NCBI GenBank assembly: GCA_951406725.2
Contig: OX597834.1
Span: forward strand, 6,572,001 to 6,636,000
DNA length: 64,000 bases
Reading direction: 5' to 3'
Source: Octopus vulgaris
Lineage: Eukaryota
Shown here piece after piece: positions 53,851 through 64,000 of this stretch. Each line of letters starts with the position of its first letter. Within the stretch, counting starts at the first letter, position 1. The notes under the pieces were generated by a model. The model was not told the origin of the DNA and made no database searches. It saw nothing but the letters and a program-made list of their open reading frames with translations. Position numbers and translations under genes: made by a program.

Positions 53851-54821
53851 CCCTTTCGTTACTGTATTTATTTTGAGATGCTCTTTCTTTCTCTCAATTA
53901 TTTTAAATATAACGAAGAATTTAGTAAAATAACATGGTTATCATTGAGCTAGTGTTAGGAACATAAATTGTGACTAAGTTTTGGTGGAAGATTTTAATTC
54001 AAAACTTATGAAAACAAGACATTTGTACTCAGAGCCAGAGCCGGTTTCAGCCAGATTGGTAACAAAAGGGTTAAGAGGATGAGATATACCTTAAGATAAT
54101 CAACTGGGTTCAACTGATCTTATTTGTTAGTTGAGTTATATTAATACTAAAGGTTTTACATAATTCCGTATATGGAGTTCTAAGAATTTAATAACTTCTT
54201 CAGACCTAATTAGGTCTGTTTCAATTTTAGCCATGACTTAACCCTTTCGTTACTATAATTCTGTTGGGATGCTCTGTGTTTCTTTCAATTAATTTTAAAT
54301 ATATCAAAGAATTTAGTAAAATAACTTAGTTACCATTAAATTGTGACTAAGGTTTGGTGGGAGATTTTAATTCAGAACTTATGAAAACAAGACATTTGTA
54401 CTCATAGCCAGAGCCGTTTTCAGCCGGGTTGGTATCGAAAGGGTTAAACACACCTCTACATTTGGGCAGATGCACACTAGAAGTAGTTGGAAGGGTGTGA
54501 GTTGAAGGAAATTTAGGTTATTATTTCTAGCATATAGAGTGACCACATTAAGGTCTCCTTCTCTCATGTTTTCTGCTGCTTATTTTTCTTCTTAACCCTT
54601 TTGTTACCATATTTCTGTTGAGATGCTCTGAGTTTCTTTCAATTAATTTTAGATATAACAAAGAATTTAGTAAAATAACTTCATTATCATTAAGCTAGTG
54701 TTAGGAACATAAATTGTGACTAAGGTTTGGTGGAAGATTTTAATCGAAAACTTATGAAAGCAAGACATTTGTACTACAGAGCCAGAGCCGGTTTCAGCCA
54801 GGTTGGTAATGAAAGGGTTAA
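53851..54821. repeat. Inverted copy of 48446-49440 (three P1 MITEs plus both unique spacers)
   Basis: Spacers 54075-54237 and 54448-54591 are reverse complements of 49049-49211 and 48676-48819. Confidence 0.9.
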
Positions 54822-55677
54822 GGCACTTTTCAATCTGGTCCTGCATTGTTCATTCTACTCAGATCATCTAATTTTTTGTCCAATCCTTTTGGGTTTCCTC
54901 TAGAATTTGCTGTGAGGTGTAGGAATCATTTTGCCATCCACATTAAAATGTGTTTTGCATTTCTGAATTCGTATCCTGATGAACTGGCTTTAGTTTTCTG
55001 CATACATTTCCAAACCTGTTCCCACTTTGTATGCAAGCCTTGGTGTTTACACTTTTTATTGTATTAAAGTTTGTGCTGGTGGAGAAGGTCAGGTTTCTTT
55101 CAATGGTTTTTGTCATGTTTGTCACTATTGTTGTTGTTGTTGTCATTGCTATTGTTAATTATGCATTCTCTGTTAACAGTAGCACGGAGTGGTGAGAAAC
55201 TGCTTCATAACGGCTTTTCCAAAAGCCATCTCCTTCTTTGATTTGAAGAACTATTTTATTCTTTCACTTGTTTCAGTTACCTGACTGAGGAGCTCCATCT
55301 TAAAGTAGAGGAAACCAACCCCAGGACTTATTCCATCAGTCTCTTTTGCTGAACTGCTAAGTTACAGGGACAAACACACATGCACATATATATGAGAGAC
55401 TTTTTTCAGTTTCTGTCTACCAAATCTACTCACAATAGTGGAAGGCACTTGCCCTAGGTGCCATGCAGTGGGACTGAACCTGGAACCTTGTAGTTGGGAA
55501 GCAAGCTTCTTACCACACAGCCATGACAGCACATATTGTTTTTAAAAACAAGCATGTACATGAACTTCTTCAAGTTCCAAACGCCACCTCGGTTACATGA
55601 AAATTTCACAAAACCAACTCACTAGAGAAGATGCTAGATGCCTTAATAACAAAATGGTACATGAATCAAAATTAATG

Positions 55678-56156
55678 TTGTCCTAGTGGGTGGTTGTCCT
55701 TGTGGGTAATTTTGCTAGTGGGTAATTGCCCTAGGGAGTAATTGTCCTAGTGGGTAATTGTCCTAGGGGGTGGTTGTCCTAGTGGGTAATTGTCCTAGTG
55801 GTTAATTGTCCTGGTGGTTAATTGTCCTAGTGGGTAATTGCCCTAGGGGGTGGTTGTCCTAGTGGTTAATTGTCCTAGTGGGTAATTGTCCTGATGGGTA
55901 ATTGTCCTAGTGGGTGGTTGTCCTGGTGGGTAATTGTCCTTGGGGGTGGTTGTCCTAGTGGGTAATTGTCCTAGTGGGTAGTTGTCCTAGTGGTTAATTG
56001 TCCTAGTGGTTAATTGTCCTAGTGGTTAATTGCCCTAGTGGGTAATTGTCCTGGGGTAATTGTCCTAGGGGGTGGTTGTCCTAGTGGGTAATTGTCCTAG
56101 GGAGGTTGTTGTCCTTGGGGTGGGGGTTATTGTCCTAGAGGGTGTAAATGTCCTAG
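55678..56156. repeat. 16-bp minisatellite (TTGTCCTAGTGGGTAA)n, about 30 units
   Basis: Directly visible. Confidence 0.95.
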
Positions 56157-57539
56157 ACTCAGTTTGAATGCTTCCAACAGAGTGAATACTGCTAAAGTCA
56201 CCTAAGTTCCAATGGGTGCTGTTAAATCAATGATGGTAGAGGTAAAGTTATCTTCTTGAGCCGTGCCAGCTCATAAGGGCTAGTTTCCTGGTTTCATGGT
56301 GTATAAATTTCCCCACCTGGATGGGACAACAGTCCATTACAGGATTACTCATTTTTGCCTGCTGAATGGATTGGAGCAATGTGAAATGAAGTGTTTTGCT
56401 CAAGAATACAATGCGTTGCCCGGTCCAGGAATTGAAACCACAATCTTATGATCATGAATCCAGCACCCTAACCACTAAGCCAAGCACATCCACATTAAGC
56501 TGGTGATGGGCAAAGTTTATCACACAAGCACAAATACAGTCCAATCTGCCATCCTTCCATACAATTTCCAAAACTCAAATTCCACTTACAAGGAGTTGAC
56601 TGACTTGGGGCTGCGGTAAAGATTGTCAACCAAGGTACCTTGTTGTGAGAAAGAAATTTGAACTATAAATTAACTTTTACAAAATCTTTAACTGCACTAT
56701 CGTCCTGTCTGTACCAATTATTTCTCAGTTAAGCCAACAGAAAGAGACCGATTATTTTAGTAGAGATTTGAACTGTGTCCCATGAGGTCTACACTTAGAA
56801 CATCATCTACTTGGCAACAACACATCTCTTTACACCATAGCAAGGAGAATATAAAAACATAATTATTTCTTACTAAAGCAATTATTTTCGGCCAATTATT
56901 TTAGTAGAGAAATAAAGTCAATGCAATCTTCATTTCTCTGGTGGCTTACTACTTCTAAATGGAGGCATGAAAGGTGAGGTAGATGTCGGTGGGGGTAATT
57001 AAACTCACATCTATCGTTATGCAGCGAACAGAATATTTTGTTGTAATACATTAAATCAGGCACTCAACTATTTCCATTATATTTATGCTCTAATAGTAAT
57101 AACAATCCTTTTTATTGGCCACAATAGACCATAGATACAATACAAAATGTGTCATTAAAAAAGGGTTACAATACGTGTGGGAATGCACATCTATTTGATA
57201 AGAGCGCTGGTTGTGGGGAACAAAATGTATTAGAATATATTAAAACGTGTTAAAATGTTTGCGCTAAACAAATGCATTTAAGTATAAATAAGAGCAAGAG
57301 GCCCAACCGAAGGTGAAAACTCACCAACCAACTAGAATCCAGCTAATTCCCTACTCGGAAAAGACAGAGCTCCTTTCAGTTTTCGTAAACCGCGCCCCTC
57401 CAAAAGTTTCTTGCGAATGCTTACAGCTTTAGCCAAGCAATAATAATAATAATAATAATAATAATATTAATAATAATAATAATAGTAATAATAATCCATT
57501 CTACTACAGGTACAAAACTTGAAATTTGAGGAGGGGGAT

Positions 57540-57835
57540 CATCATCATTGTTCGACCGTGGTCGAGACAATGGAATTTACCATGTTGCGCCAGACTTCAC
57601 GGTCCATCATAGCATTACGGAGGTCCTGTTGCTGGATGCCTGTATCCCTGGAGATTACATCAGGGTAGGAGAGTGTGCGCCCTCTGGTGTTGCGAGTAGA
57701 TGGCTTCCAGAGGAGAAGAGTAGAAATTACTTCTTTTTCAGCTCTACAACAATGTCCAGCAAACTGGACTCTCCTACCCTTCACAAGAGATGACACAGGT
57801 GGTAATTTCCCATATATTTGCATTTTAGTTGGATG
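57540..57835 (-). mobile_element. RTE-clade LINE 3' fragment inserted in a SINE B-related element
   Basis: ORF 57545-57823; GGGGAT direct repeat; empty site visible in the duplicate at ~58490. Confidence 0.85.
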
Positions 57836-58093
57836 GGGATAATCAATTACATCAACCCTCAGTAGCTGACTGGAACTTTATTTTTAATCGACCCCAAAAA
57901 GATAAAATGGCAAAGTCGACCTTGACGGAATTTGAACACAGAACGTGCAGACAGACGAAATGCCACCAAGCATTTTGCCAGATGTGCTAACAATTCTGCC
58001 AGCTCACCACCTTAATAAATAATAATAATGGTAATAATAATGATAATAATAATAATAATAATAATGATAATAATAATAATAATAATAATAATA

Positions 58094-58428
58094 GGGGAGC
58101 ATCATAGCCATGTGTTGAGAGAGATTCTTTGGGGTTTGAATAATTCACTTCTGGAAACATGGGTGTTTCGTTCAACATCCTTAAACAACCCTTATTCAGA
58201 GACCATTCGAGTGGGATGGGCTACTCAACCTGAAGAAAATTCTAACTGGGCCCCACCTGTAAGGTCATGTGCTGTTTATCTTGATATGAGATCACCATGT
58301 CGCGCACATATGGTTGTGATGCATGTGCCTGGTGTACCCTTATCAGACGGGTAGTCATGATTGGTATACTGGGCTTCGTATATTTTACCCCAGTGTCACT
58401 TTCATGGCATGCACTGCTCTCTCACTCA
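58094..58428 (+). mobile_element. Retroposon 3' end in (TAA)n, same family as 44996-45321
   Basis: Sequence match, TAA repeats on both sides. Confidence 0.7.
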
Positions 58429-58681
58429 ATAATAATAATAGTAATAATAATCCTTTCTACTACAGGTGCAAAACTTGAAATTTGAGGAGGGGGATAATCA
58501 ATTACATCAACCCCCAGTACCTGACTGGGATTTTTTTTTTAATCGACCCCAAAATGATGAATGGCAAAGTCGACCTTGACGGAATTTGAACACAGAACGT
58601 GCAGACAGACGAAATGCCACTAAGCATTTTGCCTGGTGTGCTAACGATTCTGCCAGCTCACCACCTTAATAAATAATAATA

Positions 58682-58744
<63 letters not shown>

Positions 58745-60489
58745 TTGGCACTGTCACCTCTATCTGATATGCTAAATAGAACTGGATGCGGATATAAATG
58801 TTACGGCAAAACGATCAGCCACCTTTTATATATGGATGACCTAAAACTATACGCTGCAAATGACAAACAGCTGGAAACACTATTAAAGACAGTTCATGGA
58901 TTTACCAAAGAAATAGATATGAAATTTGGATTAGAAAATGCGCCAAAGTAACCATGAAAAGAGGAAAACTAGTTAAGAGTAACAACATCACGCTAGATGA
59001 AGCAAATGAAATAAAAGAATTAGACCAAAGCCAAACTTACAAATACTTAGGAATCCATGAACTAGATAAGACACAACACACACAAATGAAAGAGAAAATA
59101 AAAAAAGAATATTATAGACGAGTGAGATCAATACTAAACACAGAGCTCAATGCTAAAAACAAGATAATAGGTATCAACACTTTAGCTGTCCCAGTTATAA
59201 GTTACAGCTACAATATCCTTAACTGGACACGAAATGAACTGACCAAAATAGACAGGAAAACAAGAAAAATAATGACAGGATCTAGGATGCATCACCCAAA
59301 ATCTGACATAGAAAGACTATATATACAACGTATAGAAGGTGGTAGAGGCCTTATACAGCTGGAAAACTACTATAAAATAACCACCATAGGACTGCAAAAA
59401 TATCTACTTCAGAAGGAAGGAAAACTGATCCAGATAGCGGCAAAACACGAGCAAAACAAAAAACTGTTCTCAGTATTTAAGGAAGCTGACAAATACAAAC
59501 AAGAAATCATACCACCTAATAAACATGAAGAAGAAGAAGAAGAAGATGAAGAAACAACAAAAGCTATAAAAAAAATGAAATCCAAACTAAAAATAGAACA
59601 GCAACGAACCATGATAAAACGATGGCAAGAAAAGCCCCTTCATGGTAAATACTGGACTAAACTAAACGCAAAAGAAATAGACAAAGAAAAATCCCAGCAA
59701 TGGTTGAGAAGCTCAGGACTCAAAGCAGAAACAGAGGGATTTTTAATTGCAGCACAAGACCAAGGCCTCCCCACCAGAAATTACCAAAAACATGTAATGA
59801 AAAGAAATATTACAAGTAACTGCAGAATATGTGGAGATGGACAAGAAACAATAAATCATATTATCTCTAGCTGCCCAGTCCTGGCTAAGAAGGAATATAT
59901 TCACAGACATGACAGAGTTGGAACCTACATACATTGGAAGCTATGCCAACATTATGGAATAACAACAGAAAAAAGATGGTATAGGCACACACCAGAAAAG
60001 GTCACAGAAAACGAGAAAGCAACCATACTCTGGGATATGCCGATACACACAGATAGAGAAATTAAGGCCAACAGACCAGATATAGTTGTCAGAGACCATG
60101 AAGAAAAAAATGCTTTCTAATTGATGTATCAGTACCGGCAGATGACAACGTGTCTCTAAAAGAAATGGAGAAACTCTCAAAATACAAAGACCTGGAAATA
60201 GAGGTAACTAGAATGTGGAATCTGAAAACAGAAACAATTCCTATCATAGTAGGTGCATTAGGCATGATAAAAAAATATTCAGACAAATACATAACAAAAA
60301 CACCAGGACTTACAAACACATATAACATACAGAAAATTGCACTACTAGGCACTGCACACATCCTACGCAGAACACTTTCCATACAATAACCATCAGAGCA
60401 TCACAACAAATCACAGCACATACCCAAGGCACACAGAGCTGCGCTCGGTAGTGAAGTGAAAGCACGCTATAAAATTAAAAATAAAACTA

Positions 60490-60494
<5 letters not shown>
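58745..60494 (+). mobile_element. 5'-truncated R4/Dong-clade non-LTR retrotransposon (RT C-half, CCHC finger, RLE endonuclease)
   Basis: HLLYMDDLKLY, CRICG..ETINHIISSC, RHD, RPDIVV, IDVSVP, KLSKYKDL, LLGTAHILRR; two single-A frameshifts; stop at 60389; (TAA)n on both flanks. Confidence 0.92.
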
Positions 60495-60526
<32 letters not shown>

Positions 60527-60720
60527 TTAACAATAATAATAGAAGGGAATTGATCAGTGTGAAGATTTGTGTGAACATCTCGCATTCCTGAAATGTAGTG
60601 ACACACAGACAATGCTGCCGAAGCCCTGCAAATATTCAAAGAAACATCATGTACTATTGTGAAGATGAAGAAATTACAGGACCAAAGAAAATAGCATTAA
60701 AAAGATTAAGCGGTATTGGA

Positions 60721-61325
60721 AGGCAGCGAGCTGGCAGAAACGTTAGCACGCCGGGCGAAATGCGTAGCCGTATTTCGTCTGCAGTTACGTTCTGATTTCA
60801 AATTCCGCCGAGGTCGACTTTGCCTTTCATCCTTTCAGGGACGATAAATTAAGTACCAGTTACGCACTGGGGTCGATATAATCGACTTGATCCGTGTGTC
60901 TGTCCTTGTTTGTCCCCTCTGTGATTAGCCCCTTGTGGGTAGTAAAGAAATAGGTATTTCGTCTGCCGTTACGTTCTGAGTTCAAATTCCGCCGAGGTCA
61001 ACTTTGCCTTTCATCCTTTCGGGGTCGATTAAATAAGCACCAGTTATGCACTGGGGTCGATATAATCGACTTAATCCGTTTGTCTGTCCTTGTTTGTTCT
61101 CTCTGTGTTTAGCCCCTTGTGGGTAGTAAAAAATAAATATTTCGTCAGCCGTTACGTTCTGAGTTCAAATTCCGTCGAGGTCGACTTTGCCTTTCATCCT
61201 TTCGGTTTTGATAAATTAAGTACCAGTTACGCACTGGGGTCGATGTAATCGACTTAATCCGTTTGTCTGTCCTTGTTTGTCCTCTCTGTGTTTAGCCGCT
61301 TGTGGGTAGTAAAGAAATAGGTATT
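60721..61325 (+). mobile_element. SINE B tandem trimer with a single head
   Basis: Three ~185-bp units joined at the tail/TATTTCGTC junction. Confidence 0.88.
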
Positions 61326-61554
61326 GGAAGTGAAGGATTCAAACGTCTGAATGCATCTGGCGCTGACAAGAAATTCCCAAATAAACTGTGGGAATTGTTT
61401 GAAGCACAAGTCAAGACAAACATCAGTTTCGGAATACATCGTCTTAAACAGATAGACAACGGCATGATGAGACAATTGAAGATTTCGTTACAAGAGTCCA
61501 AACAATAGGGAAAAAACGTGAGTTTGAAGAAAAAGAACTTGAACAAAGGATCAT

Positions 61555-62379
61555 TCAATTAGAAGTAGACAGCTCTTTGAAAGGACTTGGAGCAGCTATT
61601 GTACAAGATGGCAAACCTGTAGCATTTGCATCAAAAGCTCTTGACAAAACTCAGTCAAACTACCCAAACATCGATCGCGAAATGCTGGCTGTGGTATTAA
61701 ATAAGTACCAGTTACGCACTGGGGTCGATATAATCGACTTAATCCGTGTGTCTGTCCTTGTTTGTCCCCTCTGTGTTTAGCCCCTTGTGGGTAATAAAGA
61801 AATAGGTATTCAGAATCACTTGTTTCCACAAGTCATCACAGACCACAAACCCCTGGAGGTGATTGCAGAAAAACCCCTCTTCTTTGAGCACTACCCCGAC
61901 AACAAACGATGCTCCAGAAAATTCAGGGATATGATTTCAAAATCATAAATACTGCCCAGAGCACACCATGACATTGGCTTACACTGCCTCTCGTTTTCCA
62001 AGCTGTGAAGACAATGAAGACACTGACCTGGACTTGAGAGTGGATAGGATCGAATTTACTGCAAGAGAAATCCACCAATCGGAATTTGATCTTACTCTTT
62101 TACTTGTTTCAGTCATTTGACTGCGGCCATGCTGGAGCACCCACTACCTTTAGTCGAGCAAGTCGACCCCATGACTTATTCTTTGTAAGCCTAGTACTTA
62201 TTCTATTGGTCTCTTTTGCCGAACCGCTAAGTTACAGGGACGTAAACACACCAGCATCGGTTGTCAATCGATGTTGAGGGGTGACAAACACAGACACACA
62301 AACATTTACACACACATACATACATAGATACATACATACATAGATACAAACATAGATACATAAATACATACATACATAA

Positions 62380-62410
<31 letters not shown>

Positions 62411-64000
62411 TACATATATACACATATATACGACAGGCTTCTTTCAGTTTCCGTCAACCAAATCCACTCATAAGGCTTTGGTCGGCCTGAGGCTATTGAA
62501 GAAGACACTGGCCCAAGGTGTTACGCAGTAGGACTGAACCCGGAACCATGTGGCTCGTAAGCAAGCTACTTACCACACAGCCACTCCTACACGTTGTCAG
62601 TTTTTCCATCAACAAACGTTACCAACTGCGTGGGTTCCCCAGCAGAGATTCTTCTTTCGCTACACCGATGGAAACAATCACCTGTGGGTGGCCAGACAAC
62701 ATCAAACAAGTCCCAGGCGATGTAAAGACATACTGGTCTTTTGGAGACAAATTGGCTGTAGAAGATGGAATCGTCTTCAAAGGGACACAAGTGCTGATAC
62801 CTCCTCCTCTACAATAGGACTTTCTAGTACAGCTCCACGCCTCTCGTCAAGGGATAGAAAAGATGTATGACCAATAGACGCCTTCACACTCGTTAAGGTG
62901 TCTCGCTTTTTTTACTCTTTTTACTTGTTTCAGTCATTTGACTGCGGCCATGCTGGAGCACCGCCTTTTAATCGAGCAACTCGACCCCGGGACTTATTCT
63001 TTGTAAGCCCAGTACTTATTCTATCAGTCTCTTTTTGCCGAACCGCTAAGTGACGGGGACGTAAACACACTAGCATCGGTTGTCAAGCAATGCTAGGGGG
63101 ACAAACACAGACACACAAACACACACGCATACATATATATATATACATATATACGACGGGCTTCTTTCAGTTTCCGTCTACCAAATCCACTCACAAGGCT
63201 TTGGTCGGCCCGAGGCTATAGTAGAAGACACTTGCCCAAGGTGCCACGCAGTGGGACTGAACCCGTAACCATGTGGTTGGTAAACAAGCTACTTACCACA
63301 CAGCCACTCCTACGCCTGTCTATTGGTAATACATCAACAAAGGCATCAAAGAAATGTGCAGATCCTGTCAAATATGCCAAGGATTTGCAACTTCCAACAA
63401 CAAAGAGCCACTGACACCTCGTGACATTCCCAGCGCACCATGGAAAAAAATAGGAACAGATCTATTTGAAATCAACGGCAAAATTTATCTGTTCATTCGT
63501 GACTACTTCTCCAAATTTCCAATTGCGACTCACCTCAGCCAAATCACAAGCAAAGCAGTCACAGAGGAATTCAAAAAGACTGTGTCTCTCTTTGGCAGAC
63601 TCGATGAAATTTTCAGCGGCAATGGTCATCAATATACCAGAAAACCATTTCAACAATTCACACAGGAATGGAGAATTCAACATACTACATCATCACCAAG
63701 GCACCCCAATCAAACAGATTCATAGAGAGACAGGTACAGACAATCAAAAAGACAATCCAAAAATGGGAACAAAGTAGACTTTAAAAAAATGGATTGTTGA
63801 ATCTAAGAGCCACGCCATTAAACTCAAAGATGTTGTCCCCCACTGAGATCCATTACGCTGGAGCTATTCTCCTGAAACTCAAAGACAGAGAAAACTTCTT
63901 GAAAAAAAGAAAATACAAATGAAAACTGCATATGACCAGCATGCAAAGACGGAATAACCTCCGTTGCACACAGGACAACCTGTACAAATCCTTGAAAAAA
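61555..64000 (+). pseudogene. Decayed Ty3/gypsy pol (RNase H and integrase) interrupted by SINE B (61698-61809) and SINE A (-, 62092-62590; -, 62913-63317)
   Basis: VDSSLKGLGA..QDGKPVAFASKAL...YPNIDREMLAVV, ITDHKPL, GWP...LAVEDG, CRSCQICQ, PWKKIGTDLF...DYFSKFP, HTTSSP. Confidence 0.9.

Noticed and set aside
54840-55250. Possible decayed LINE RT fragment (also 4400-4850 and 28480-28980)
   Set aside because: Only faint, frame-broken similarity; not assignable without a profile search

Overview
AT-rich, microsatellite-saturated eukaryotic DNA. It is most likely an Octopus (coleoid cephalopod) intronic or intergenic region, inferred from the SINE families and simple-repeat density. No intact host protein-coding gene is recognisable, and almost all listed ORFs are translations of microsatellites or SINEs. 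The window contains more than 20 copies of a tRNA-derived SINE and three other modular SINE families. It also holds RTE LINE 3' ends, a near-intact R4/Dong RT-RLE element inside (TAA)n, a HERO-like RLE fragment and a Penelope GIY-YIG remnant. DNA elements include mariner/Tc1 remnants, TTAA (piggyBac-type) MITEs and a Merlin-like MITE, and a decayed Ty3/gypsy pol is present. Four observations stand out. (1) At least eight minimal type I hammerhead-ribozyme motifs lie in Penelope-like inserts sitting in or next to microsatellites; two carry a compensatory A3-U8 core (AUGAAUA) and one forms a perfect 130-bp palindrome with a hammerhead on each strand. (2) A 148-bp-period tandem array whose unit carries ETS, NRF1-like and E2F motifs. 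(3) A nested inverted duplication with TTAGGG repeats at a breakpoint. (4) Candidate minus-strand microexons or recursive splice sites of an unidentified host gene. All coordinates and folds were read by eye.
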